This document shows, in pieces, positions 38,040 to 50,218 of a stretch of 64,000 nt of DNA (position 1 is the first letter of the stretch; each line of letters begins with the position of its first letter). The position numbers and the translations under genes are program-made. The DNA lies in the NCBI GenBank assembly GCA_965287045.1, contig OZ336884.1, positions 21,638,001 to 21,702,000 on the forward strand, given 5' to 3'. The DNA is from Carcharhinus amblyrhynchos. Its lineage: Eukaryota. Below the pieces are notes generated by a model. It worked only from the letters and a program-made list of their open reading frames with translations, was not told the DNA's origin and searched no databases.

Positions 38040-38580
38040 TCTTAATTAGATCATGGCTGACCTGTATTTCAGCTCCATTCACCCAACTTTGACCTATATC
38101 CCTTGGTATTATTATTATGTCATTTTAATAAGTGTCAGTTTGCAGGTTTTAAAACTTGAAACAACATTTTTAGCCGTGTGCGAGAGTGAATTCAACATTT
38201 CTGCCACCCTTTGGGTGATGTGCAGCTTCAAATTTAATCATGTGCTCCCTTGTTCTGGATTTTTCCATCAGAGGAAATAGCTTCTCTGCGCCATCTCCTT
38301 AAAGTCTTGTGGTCAACTGAAACACCTCAGTTAGATTGTTCCTAAACTCAAGGAAATGAAATCCAAGTTTATGTGAGCTGCCCTCATAAACCCTGCATCA
38401 TTTTGTTAAAATAGCATTTTGCCTCCTCTAAGACAGTGTCTTTCCTGATGCAAAGCCCAGAAATGAATGCAATACTCCATGTGGGATTTTACAAAAGCTG
38501 TGTATATGTGGAGCATAACTTCTTCCTGTTTGTTTTGCAAACTTTTGAGGTAAAAGGTCAACATTAACTCTCCAATGGGG
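38040..38580 (-). mobile_element. Old CR1 LINE fragment
   Basis: EVMLHIYTAFVKSHMEYCIHFWA motif. Confidence 0.6.
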
Positions 38581-39464
38581 CCATTACCTAGGGCTGGGAT
38601 TTTCAATTCTGAATCGGGAAGCCAGCTGCTGGTTCAGTTCCCAACTCTGCATGATGACATGCCTCCTGGGAATTTTAAAGGACCAAGTCAATTAGTGCCA
38701 AGGAACAATCTTGCTATCCAATCAGAAATGGGCTTTCTGGTGCTCAGAGATTGGACAGCCCACTGGGTGGGAGCTATTGATCTGTGCATGTAGGCTGTAA
38801 GGAAGAAAGTTTGGTGAGTTTATGGTTATTTTAAAAAGAGCATAGGTGTTGAATATGAGTTGTGGCCCTGTGGCTGTTATAAAACTGGCACAGAGACTGG
38901 TGGTGCCCAACTGTGTGCACAGCACCCACATCCAAACTCAGCCCTGACCCATTTACAACTCACAAGCTAGTTAGGGATTCTCAGCACAAATCTTAGGATC
39001 CTATTCAACTTTCACCGTGATAGGCAATGCTGTACATTGACCCGCTGAGACATTGGAAAGGTGTGCTGTACTACTGGCTCATTCATACCTGCAGGAATTA
39101 TTAACCTGGGAACTGGATTGCAGTGCACCTATTTTACATGTGCAACATAAGATTCCAACGTGACAGTGAGTGATTGTGAGCTAATTCCAGACCAAACGTG
39201 CATTGCCCACCATTAGTTAGGATTACTCATTGGCTTGTCTAGGTTGTGTGACTGAAACTAGTGTTGGGCCCATTGCATGTATAAATCCAGGATCTAACAT
39301 CTGGTTAAGACCCGTTTCCTACAGTTCACTGTGAATGATTACAGTATGCAGTTTTTTCAGGTGCTCAGTAGTCAAGCCAATAAATTTGACTACTGGAGAT
39401 TGCCATTGAAAAAATAAACTTCTTGTTCTTTGTTTAACTTATTGTTGAGTCTGTAGGAGCCTCA

Positions 39465-39808
39465 TCACAGAATAATTGTAACAGTGCAAAAGGATGCCAT
39501 TTGGCCCATGACGTCTGCACCAGTTTTCCAAACAAGCATTTTGGCTTAGTGCCATTCCCCTACCTTTCCCTGCACCCCTACATGTTGTTTCTGTTCAAGA
39601 AATCATGCAGTGCCCTCTTGAAAGCCTCGGCTGAACTTGCCTGCACCACACTTACAGGCAGTTCATTCCAGATCACATCATGTTTTCTGCTTTTGCAAAT
39701 CACTTTAAATCTGTGCCCTCTCGTTCTTGATCATTTTACAAGCAGGAACAGTTTCTCCCTTTCTACACTGTCCAGCCCCCTTGTGATTTTGAACATCTCT
39801 ATCAAATA
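39465..39808 (-). mobile_element. CR1 LINE 3' fragment
   Basis: Reverse complement resembles the CR1 ORF2 end (GLDSVEREKLF..TRGHRFKV) and 3' UTR. Confidence 0.65.
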
Positions 39809-40974
39809 GTGGACCAGCATACCCAAGGTGATTGGCAGACTAATTTATCACAGTCTTGTTGCCAGCTTCATTTAGGAATGTGCTGCTCCAGGAGAAGATC
39901 CAGATTCAAGCATGATCCAGTTACTCAACCATGTTGTTTTAAATCTATGTTGCTCACAGATGACAATATAAATTTCAGCTACGGATATGAAATGACATTC
40001 ACAAAAGAGAAATCATAATTCTGATATTATTCCTGCAGATTTATTGAGAAATAATTTGTAGCTAATTTCCAGAACATTCTCAGTGCAGTGTATCTTATCT
40101 GAGGAATATTGCACAGTTGTATATCAGTTATTTAATCAGTGTATGTGAATGGTTCACAGCTGTCGAGCTGACTAGAAAATGACTGTTTAAGTGTTGTGAA
40201 GCCTGTCTCTGAGTAAATTCCCCTGAATAAACTATTTGAAAAACATGACAACGTACTCACTTAACTATATCTTAATTAAAACCCCCCTAACACTGACTAA
40301 AGTACTGTGCACGCCTTTCACTCATTGTTAATTTAAGGGTGACACCCTCATTTCTCAACAGACTATATTTTTAAATATATGTGCATTCATTTCCAAGTTG
40401 AGCTTAATGGTACATATTTTATATCAACAGAATAAGTGAAGTATTTACGATAAACCAAAGTTGCTAGAAAATAAAAAGCCTGGAATCTCCAACTTTTAGA
40501 GGGGACTGGATAGAGTAGAAAGGAAAGGCCTGTTTCCCTAGCTGAGGGATCAATTATCAGGCTCCTGGTGCCAAATGGCCTACTCCTGCTCCTAATTGCT
40601 GTGTAGGAAACTGCTGGTGAGCTTCTGGGGCAATCTTGAGCAGCTCTGATTTTTGTGGGCTTATTTACTCTGATTGTAGGTATTGCCATGGGGAATGAAC
40701 CAGGGGATAGCTGTCTTTCATTTGGATGAGAAGGCACAATTTTTTTTTGTAAAGGAGAAACACACATTTTGGACTATTCCAGTCACTTTGTTGCCTCCCA
40801 CATGCTCTCATTGATGACTCAGTGAGTCTGTCAATTTTTCCAATTCAACACCCTGTTGCAGCATCTTTCGAACGTGAAATTGGCTGCTGCCAAGTTAAGA
40901 AGGCATCTGCCGGGAATGCATTGGGAATATACCACAAAGCCCTATATCTTAACTTCTTGCCCAGCTTTCTTGCC

Positions 40975-41365
40975 AATCCACCATGCAAACCAGCCTCCCA
41001 TCCACTGGCTCTATCTACACTTCCCGCTGCCTTGGGAAAGCAGCCAGCATAATTAAAGATCCCATACATCCCAGACGTTCTCTCTTCCACCTTCTTCTGT
41101 CAGGAAAAAGTTACAAAAGTCTGAGGTCACATACTAACAGACTGAAGTACAGCTTCTTCCCTGCTGCTGTCAGACTTTTGAATGGACTTACCTTGCATTA
41201 AGTTGATCTTTCTCTACAACCTAGCTATGACTGTCACACTATGTTCTGCACTCTCTTGTTTCTTTCTCTATGAACGGTATGCTCTGTCTACATAATACAC
41301 AGAAACAATATTTTTCACTGCACACTAATACGTGTGACAATAATAAATCAAATCAAATCAAATCA
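40975..41365 (+). mobile_element. Rex1/Babar-type LINE 3' end
   Basis: IIKDP.HP..SLF.LL.SGK.YKS...TNRLKYSFFPAAVRLLN; (AAATC)n tail. Confidence 0.88.
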
Positions 41366-41433
41366 AAAAAGAAAGCCTGTTGGTGCTGGCCTTGCTGAGT
41401 TAAAAATGGGGCTAGAAACGCAGTTTGAAAGAT

Positions 41434-41568
41434 NNNNNNNNNNNNNNNNNNNNNNNNNNNNNNNNNNNNNNNNNNNNNNNNNNNNNNNNNNNNNNNNNNN
41501 NNNNNNNNNNNNNNNNNNNNNNNNNNNNNNNNNNNNNNNNNNNNNNNNNNNNNNNNNNNNNNNNNNNN
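41434..41568. other. Assembly gap (135 N)
   Basis: Run of N. Confidence 1.
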
Positions 41569-41635
41569 CAGCCACTGAGGGAAAGGAATCATTTACAATG
41601 TTTGTTTAATTATTATTATTATTATTTAAAATTAT

Positions 41636-42210
41636 TGTGTGCAGTTTTGGTTGCCGCACTTGCAGAAGGATGTATTGGCCTTGGAGGGAGTGCAGAGAAG
41701 GCTCAGTAGGCTGATACTGGAGATGAGGGGGTTAGCCTATGAAGAGAGACTGAATAGACTGGGTCTGTACTCCTTGGAGTTTAGAAGGCTGAGGGGGGAT
41801 TTTATAGAGATATATAAGATAATGAAGGGAATAGATAGGGTAGAGGTAGAGAGATTCTTCCCGCTTAGAAAGGATAGCAGGACTAGAGGGCACAGCCTCA
41901 AGTGGCGGGGGGGGGGGGGGGGGGGGGTGCAGTTTAGATCGGAGTTGAGGAGGAACTTCTTCACTCAAAGGGTGGTGAATCTCTGGAATTCTCTGCCTAT
42001 TGAAGTGGTGGAGGCTACCTTGCTAAATATATTTAAGTCACGGGTAGATAGGTTTCTGAAAGACAACGGAATTAAGGGTTATGGGGAGAAAGCGGGAAAG
42101 TGGAACTGATCCACTTCAGATCAGCCATGATCTTATTGAATGGCGGGGCAGGCTCAAAGGGCTAGATGGCCTACTCCTGCTCCTGTTTCTTATGTTCTTC
42201 TTATGTTCTT
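41636..42210 (+). mobile_element. Young CR1 LINE 3' end
   Basis: VQFW.PHL.KDVLALEGVQRR...YEERLNRLGLYSLE.RRLRGD ORF; (TTCTTATG)n tail; close to 19640-20053. Confidence 0.9.
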
Positions 42211-42642
42211 ACAATGTCACCCAGCATGGTGACTTGGATGGGAGTTATAGAGTCATTGCTTCCACTGGAACGTGTTCCAATGAGCAGCAGATCCAATAAC
42301 TGTACATTAGGTAATAAAATAGTTCAAAGAATAACAATGTGTGGATAAGTAAAACAAGCTGCTGCTTTAGTTCAATGTCTTGCATTTTATTATGTGTGTT
42401 TCAGTATTTGGCTGATCACTAATAAAGCCACATTCTTTAGCAAACTCATACTGCATTGAAAGAATAAATATACACAAGAAGAAATAACCAGGCACACAAA
42501 TATGAAATTTGTCATGTTGTTATAAATACTTAATTGTATAATTATTTTTAAAATTTTACCATGGCCTGGTTAAGGCATAATTGCCTGCTAAAATAATATA
42601 GTGGTTACCTTTGCTATTTTATTGACATGACCAACACAATAA

Positions 42643-42935
42643 GTGGCACAGTGGTTAGCACTGCTGCCCCACAGCGCCAGGGACCCAGGTTCAATTCCTG
42701 GCTTGGGTCACTGTCTGTGTGGAGTTTGCGTGTTCTCTCCATGTCTGTGTGGGTTTCCTCCAGGTTTTCTGGTTTTCTCCCATAGCCCTAAAGATGTGCA
42801 GGTTAGGTGCATTGGCCATGCTAAATTCTCCCTCAGTGTACCTGAACAGGTGCCAGGGTGTGGTGACTTGGGGATTTTCACAGTGACTTCATTGCAGTGT
42901 TAATGTAAGCCTACTTGTGACACTAATAAATAAAC
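42643..42935 (+). mobile_element. V-SINE
   Basis: Head, V-domain and tail. Confidence 0.88.
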
Positions 42936-43184
42936 CTACTGTTGTTAGATTTTTTTGACTTGAAGATGATATCTATTCTATTCATTCGTGGGACATGGGC
43001 GTCACTGGCTGGCCAGTGTATATTGCCCATCCCTTATTGCCCTTGAGAAGGTGGTGGTGAACTGCCTCCTTGAAACGCTGCAGTCCACGTACTGTGGGTT
43101 GACCCACAATGCCATTAGGGACAGAATTCCAAGATTTTGACCCAACAACTGCAAAGGAAAGGGAATATATTTCCATGATTGTAA

Positions 43185-43475
43185 GATGCAGGCATTGGAT
43201 TGGGGTGGGTTTAGTAAAAAGTCTCACAACACCAGATTAAAGTCCAACAGTTTTATTTGGAATCACGAGCTTTCAGAGCGCTACTTCTTCATCAGATGAG
43301 TGGAGAGGTGGATTTATAAACACAGCGTATATAGTAAAGACACAACTGCAAGATGATCATTGGAATGTGGAGTCTTTACAAGTAATCATGTCTTTACAGA
43401 TACAGATTGTGTGAGTGGAGAGAGGAATAACTACAGGTTAAAGAGGTGTGAATTGTCTCAAGCCAGGCCAATTAG
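43185..43475 (-). mobile_element. Penelope-like pLTR fragment (family 1) with degenerate hammerhead (43263-43299)
   Basis: Matches the 7744-8040 arm; reverse complement TCAT CTGATGA AGAAGTAGCGCTCT GAAA GCTC GTGA. Confidence 0.75.
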
Positions 43476-44274
43476 TAGATATAAAAGGATCGACTTCTAA
43501 TGTCAAATCATTACTTCTGGGAACAATGCTCTTGTAGAAGACAAGCTTATGTGTCAATCAGTGAGGTTACTGGATTATGAGTAAAAAAAACAATTATATT
43601 TCTTTTTTTCAGTTCTCTACCCACAGCACAGCGATCTCCACCATAGGTAGGGCAAGGAGGCAGGTCCCAAATTCACTTCAATCAGAATTGAACTCTGTGC
43701 TGTTGGCACTAGTCTGGTCCACGGCAGCCACCCAGCCAAATGAGTCAATGGGCCCCAAAGCAGTCCCAATTACTGTGGCAATACATACATCTACATATTC
43801 TGAGCTATTAATAGTGATGGTAGAGGCTCTAATTTTCTTTCCATTATGTGGTTGATGAGGAGTCTCTCCTGCTTTAACTGCCTGCCATTGGCATATGTTG
43901 GAAAATTGACAGTGTCATGAATGCACCTTCCTTGGCCATAGAGTCCAGGAGTTTGGCTTGAACCCAGAGAAATGTCACCCACTGCTCCACAAGAACTCCT
44001 TTTAACATCAATGACACTTGGTATGTTTTATCCCATAGAAGCACCACAGAGCACTTCAACATAGGTCAATTTAAGAAAAGCCATCATTGTTGTTCAGGGA
44101 AACAATTGTCAGTGCTCTAGTAGCATCGCACAATAAAATGCTGACCAGTTAACTCAAAGCAAACAACTGCCAATGGGCAAAAATACCTAGCTTTGCAGAA
44201 AGAGCACTACAAACCACCAGGCTGCCCCTGAATGGCATAAACTGATCAGTATGTGGACAATGAGGAGATTGTTG

Positions 44275-44402
44275 AATTTGCCAAAGGATCATCCAGACTC
44301 AAAACGTTGGCTCTATTCTCACTCCACAAATACTGTCAGATCTGCTAAGTTTCTGCAGCATTTTATTTGTTTCAGATTCCAGCATCCACAGTATTTTACC
44401 TT
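44275..44402 (+). mobile_element. Penelope-like-derived repeat (family 2), decayed
   Basis: AAGGATCATCCAGACTCAAAACGTTGGCTCT...TTCAGATTCCAGCATCCACAGTAT. Confidence 0.6.
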
Positions 44403-44617
44403 TTTTTTAGGAAATTAATTAATTTTTTTGAGCACGGGAGTTGAAATCGGCATACATTTTTTCAAGGAAAATTGTACTGTCCGAGAAATCAATGTTTTAT
44501 CACTGCAGGATTAGCCTACTCTTCATAGCAAAACAAAAAATCCAGATGCTTGGAAGTTACATTCATCATGGATGGTACAATTGAAATGTATGTATTTCTG
44601 GTTAAATCAAACCAATT

Positions 44618-45720
44618 CATAGAAACACAGAAAATAGAAGCAGGAGTAGGCCATTTGGCTCCGCCATTCATTTTGATCATGGCTAATGCTCAATTTCAAT
44701 ATCTTGATCCTGCCTTCTCCCCATGTACTTTGGTTCCCTTAGCCCAAAGAGTAATATCTAATTTCTTCCTAAAATCACATAATCTTTTAGTGTCAACTAC
44801 TTTCTATGGTACTAAATTCCACAGATTCACCACCCTCTGGGTGGAGAAATTTCTCCTCATCTCAATCCTTAATGGCTTACCCTTTATTCTCAAATTATGA
44901 TCCTTGGTTCTGGACTGCCCTAAAGTTGGGAACATTCTTTCTGAATCTACTCTGTCTAATCCTGGCAGAGAATTTTAAAAGTAGGGTGGCACAATGGTTA
45001 GCACTTGCTGCCTCACAATGAACCTAACCAGCATGTCTTTTGGACTTCAGTCCGAAAGACGTGCTGGTTAGGTGCTTTGGCTGTGCTAAATTCTCTCACT
45101 GTGTACCCAAACAGGTGCCAGAGTGTGGCAACTAAGGGATTTTCATTGCGATATTAATATGAGCCTACTTTTTGATTTATTATTGTCACATGTATTAGCA
45201 TACAGGGAAAAGTATTGTTTCTTGCTTGCTATACAGACACAGCAAACAGTTCAGAGAGAAGGAAAGGAGAGAATGCAGAATGTAATATTACAGTCATAGC
45301 TAGGCTGTAGAGAAAGATCGACTTAATGCGAGTAGGTCCATTCAAAAGTCTGATGGCAGCAGGGAAGAAGCTGTTCTTGAGTCAGTAGGTACGTGACCTC
45401 AGACTTTTATATCTTTTTCCTGACGGAAGAGGATGGAAGAGAGAATGTCCGGGGTGTGTGGGATCCTGAATTACACTGGCTGCTTTGCCGAGGCACCGGC
45501 AAGTGTTGACAGAGTCAGTGGATGGGAGACTGGTTTGTGTGACGGATTGGGCTACATTCACAACCTTTTATAGTTGCTTGCGGTCTTGGGCAGAGCAGAA
45601 GCCATATCAAGCTGAGATACAACCAGAAAGAACACTTTCTATGGTGAATCTGTCAAAATTGGTGAGAGTCATAGCAGACATGCCAAATTTCTGAGAAAGT
45701 GGGGGCGTTGATGGGCTTTC
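44618..45720. mobile_element. CR1 3' fragment (minus, 44618-44965), rearranged V-SINE (plus, 44983-45170), Rex1-type 3' end (minus, 45172-45720)
   Basis: Family-diagnostic sequences as in the other copies. Confidence 0.75.
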
Positions 45721-45849
45721 TTAAATAAACACAAAATATCCATAAAACTTGAACGAGTTTGTTAACTAACTGACATTTTAAATCTTTCTCCCCCTTGGAC
45801 TTTAACCTGGTGTTGTGAGACTTCTTATTATCTCGGGATGGCCAACTTT

Positions 45850-46205
45850 GCGCAGCTTTGCCGAGCCGACAAAACTTTGGGAAACTTTCGGACAAACTTT
45901 TTTCGCTTGCCACATCGACCCTACACACGGGGAGAAAAAAAACCCAGCTGCACAGTGACACACTCCGCCCGGAAGGTGGCGCCGGCGGCCGGGTAGGAAG
46001 ATTGACAGCTGAACTGACCATAGGGAGGTCGCGGTTGGGACGTGGCGACCAATGGGCACTGGCGGGGGGAGGGGCCGGTAGGCGCAGGGGGTGGGGCTGA
46101 GTTCCTCACGGCTGCTGCCGCGTTAAAGAGTTTGGACAACTTTTTATGAAACGAAACGTCCGCGGCTTCTACACTCACAAAACAGGAGAGGCGAGGAAAG
46201 TATGA
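45850..46205. promoter_or_regulatory. CpG island / probable promoter of an unidentified gene (likely plus strand)
   Basis: Dense CpG. GC-box CTCCGCCC 45963-45970, CCGGAAG, CCAAT 46049-46053, Sp/KLF GGGGGAGGGG and GGGGTGGGG. Possible donor AA|GTATGA near 46200. Confidence 0.7.
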
Positions 46206-46831
46206 CATGTAAAACTTCTGGAGGAAGGATCTCTTCACCTTGAAAGAGGAGAGGCTGCCTGGAGCTTCTTTAAAGCCACTTTTTGGGGCAAGTCAATCAA
46301 TGATCAAAACTCTCAAAGAGCTGAAAATTAGATGTTTGTTGAATTGTACCTCGACTTTCTTTTGTGTTCTGGTCCTTAGCAACAATTTAAAGGCTTTAAC
46401 CCCCCTGAAGCGACACCCTTGTTTGATTGATTGTCTGAATATTGGTGACTCAGATTAGATGCCGGGTGTAAGATTTGTGATTAATTGCTAAATGCTTCCC
46501 CCATCAAAAAATACACCCGGCCACCCCCTTGTCTTAACATATGGAAACAGTTAGTTGTCTGGGCTGAAGGCATTGTTGCTGGACCAGAGCACTCCAGCCG
46601 TCAGCGAAGCAGAAAATACACAGCAGCTCTGGCATCATCTGGGAAGAGAGGGAGACAGACAAGAAGAGTTCACATTGCAGGTCGGTGTTTTTTTCCCTCC
46701 CCCCCCCCCTCTGCCACTCGTCGATCCAGAGTATGTTTGTCTCAGTGGAACAGTTCCGTGAGTTTTCAGAAGGGTTCAATCTTAGTTCATCTGTCCAGAT
46801 GCAGCAGAGTGGATTGCTAAAGTGAGGAGGC

Positions 46832-47110
46832 ATGATGTGGAGATGCCTGCGTTGGACTGGGGGTGGGCACAGTAAGAAGTCTCACAACACCAGGTTAAAG
46901 TCCAACAGGTTTATTTGGAGTCACGAGCTTTCGGAGCACTGCTCCTTCACCAGGCTCTTCCGGTGTTCGTGACGTGGAGATGCCAGCGTTGGACTGGGGC
47001 AGGCACAGTACGTAGTCTCACAACACCCAAGTTAAAATTCAACAGGTTTATTTGATAGCACGAGCTTTCAAGCTCTAAACTTACTACTCCTCCAGTGTTG
47101 TGAGACTTCT
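46832..47110 (-). mobile_element. Penelope-like pLTR (family 1): two tandem partial units plus a short inverted end, with degenerate TSD
   Basis: Units start (AT)GATGTGGAGATGCC.GCGTTGGACTGGG. Hammerhead-like CTGGTGA AGGAGC AGT GCTCC GAAA GCTC GTGA (reverse complement of 46921-46953). Inverted GTGTTGTGAGACTTCT at the end. TAAAGTGAG at 46818 and 47111. Confidence 0.75.
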
Positions 47111-47596
47111 TAAAGTGAGAAGGGCATTTTCAATTGGATTTTAATAATTTCCTCCTACAATTTTTATTTAGTTTACTTCTATCTGTTTTATTTATTCAAA
47201 CACTTGGGTGACCCTGAATAACGTCCTCTGCCGTTTTGCAGTTCTGCAGTACATAGTACTCGACAAAGGTGTGCTTATATGCAGGGTTGGATTGGTGACA
47301 TTTGTTTATTGTAAAGGTTGAAGAACTGGATTTCATATTTTTAAATTGAAGTATTGTGTTAAAAAATGGTTGTTATTTCTAGTGGAATGTTTACTTGAGC
47401 AATCTTGATTGATGCAGATTTAGGTCTGAATGAGGATTTTAAAGGTATAAGCAGACTTTCATTAGTTTGGTTGGAATTGTTCCATTTTTTAAAAGTAATT
47501 GAGTCATTTTTATGTAGAATCAAGCATTATTAGCTCCTTGTTTCGAGCCTATGTTATGCAGCATTCATACCCATCAGTGGCACGTTGTACTACATT

Positions 47597-47920
47597 TAGG
47601 GTGGCACAGTGGTTTGCACTACTGCCTCACAGCGCCAGGGACCCAGGTTCAATTCCAACCTTGGATGACTGTCTGTGTGGAGTTTGCATGTTCTCCCCAT
47701 GTCTGCGTGGGTTGCCTCCCACAATCCAAAGATGCACAGGTTAGGTGAATTGACCATGCTAAATTGCCCTTTGCTCTCCAAAGATGTGTAGGTTAGGGGG
47801 CTCAATGGGATAAATGTGTCCGCTTAGGGCAGGGTGAGGGGCTGGGTGAGAGGCTCTGTTGGACCTTTGGTACAGACTCAATGGGTCAAATGGCCTCCTT
47901 CTGCACTGTAGAGATTCTGT
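47597..47920 (+). mobile_element. V-SINE (CR1-type tail)
   Basis: Head, V-domain, GGCCTCCTTCTGCACTGTAG tail. Confidence 0.85.
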
Positions 47921-49309
47921 AGTTCTTTGTCAACAATGCTTTCAAAAGAAACCAGTTATGATTTCTGGACAAGAAATCTGAGTTTAGAAAATTTGTTTTT
48001 ATCAGTTTCAAAAAAGTATTTAGCTACAAAACTGCTTGTGAGAACTTATTTTTTAATTAAAATATATTTGAGAATACACGGCTAGAGAGGGTGGTAGAAG
48101 CAGATTCAACTGTGGCTTTCAGAGAAGAATTAGAGAAGCATTTGAAGGGAAAACATTTATAGGGCTATGAGGAAGGTGTGGCATTGGGAGTGGAAATAGC
48201 TAACCTGCTTTTTCAGAGAGCTGTCATTGACTCAACTGGCCAAGTAGCTCCTTTCATTCTGTAACCATTCTATAATTCTATCTGACCACTCTCCTAATCT
48301 TGTGCAAATTCTAAATAATTTTCCATTTAAAATAAATACATTTATGACACTATGATATATTGGCACTGTAAATTGTGAGCATGTAACCCAGTATATTTTC
48401 CAGGTTTTGCTTTGACTTGCTGTATGCTAGCTTTTCTCAGTTGTGACTATTACAATTGACTTAAATATCCCTAGGTCAAGGAACCGAAAGTCAATTAGGG
48501 TTCCTGATCTTGTCGGAAATGCATGGACAGCGGGTGAGAACTTGTTCAAACCAACCAGTGAGGTGCCCATAATTGAATACTCTGCTGACATGCATGTCAG
48601 GATTCACATGTGAACTGACTCCTTGAACAAGGTACCGGCTGCTGTTTGATATGCAAGGAACTGCACAAATTTCAAAGGGCAGGAAGAGAAAATAATTGGC
48701 AAGATATGTATGTTAGACAAAATCAGGGTGATCGTATACACTGTAATTTTACCGATGGTCTTGGATGCCTAAAGTTGACTGGTTAGTTTGATGGCTCATA
48801 GGTAGATATTCCTGAAGTGCAGGTTGTGAAAGTCCCAGGTTTTATTGTTGAACAGAGGTATTGGATATTTCATATTGTCATGAAGTACGTGGAGTTGAGA
48901 TTACAGTCAGATCAGTCACGTTCTTATTGAATGGCAGACTGGGCTCAACAGACTGAGTGGCCTACTCCTGCATATGTTTGAATGTTCAGGTTGTGATATG
49001 AGTGTAAATTTGCCAATCCATGCCAGTTGGGAACATGGAAAAGGCGAAGATACGAGAGTGCTGATTTTCTCATCATCAAATATGAGGTCATGAGATTGAT
49101 GAATTAAGCCTATAGTGATGGTTGTTTGAGGAAATGGACTTTTTTACTTAATAATTGTTACGATTTTTGTGAAGCTTTTTGACTATATAGTTTCTAACTA
49201 AACACATCCAAGAATATGATAAATTGACAGTTTTAAACTTATGTAGATTACATCTTTTGTACTTGCAAACATTGTCTAAGCAAATCATTGATGAAATTCT
49301 GATATTAAG

Positions 49310-50218
49310 CCGGACTATCTGGATCCACTACAGTTTTGCCTACTGCCGCAACAAGTCCCACAGTAGTCACCATCTCCCGACACCACCATAGTGGATCGGA
49401 TCTCAAACAACGATGAGACAGACTGCAGGAATGAGATAGAGAATCTAGTGAACTGGTGTGGCAACAATAATCTCTACCTCAATGTCAACAAAACAAAGGA
49501 GATTGTTATCGACTTCAGGAAGCGTAAAGGAGAACATGTCCCTGTTTACATCAATGGGAACAAAGTAGAAAGGGTCAAGGGCTTCAAGTTTTCAGGTGCC
49601 CAGATTACCAACAACCTGTCCTGGTTTCCCCCCCACCATGCTGTAGTTATAGTTAGACCACTAAGAAAGCCCACCAATGCCTCTATATTTTCAGAAGACT
49701 AAAGAAATTTGGCACATCAGCTATAACTCAACACCTTTTACAGATGCACCATAGAAAGCATTCTTTCTGGTTGTATCACAGCTTGGTATGGCTCCTGCTC
49801 TGCCCAAGACCGCAAGGAACTACAAAAAGTCGTGAATGTAGCCCAATCCATCATGCAAACCAGCCTCCCATCCATTGACTCTGTCTACACTTCCCACTGC
49901 CTCGGCAAAGCAGCCAGCATAATTAAAGACCCCATGCATCCCGGACATTCTCTCATCCACCTTCTTCCATCGGGAAAAAGATACGAAGTCTGAGGTCACC
50001 GACCAACCAACTCAAGGAGAGCTTCTTCCCTGCTGCTGCCAGACTTTTGAATGGACCTACCTTGCATTAAGTTGATCTTTCTTTACACCCTAGCTATGAC
50101 TGTAACCTACGTTCTGCGCTCTCTCATTTCCTTCTCTATGAACGGTATGCTTTGTCTGTATAGCGTGCAGGAAACAATATTTTTCACTGTTAATACATGT
50201 GACAGTAATAAATCAAAC
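49310..50218 (+). mobile_element. Rex1/Babar-type LINE 3' portion
   Basis: RISNNDET..RNEIENLVNWCGNNNL.LNVNKTKEIVIDFRK motif and the 3' UTR. Confidence 0.88.

Noticed and set aside
38660-38690. GNFKG peptide reminiscent of the TMEM45A N-terminus
   Set aside because: No start Met or HALPG continuation; lies in a MITE-like repeat.
41907-41927. Poly-G giving poly-Gly in a CR1 ORF
   Set aside because: Homopolymer expansion or sequencing error relative to the paralog near 19770.
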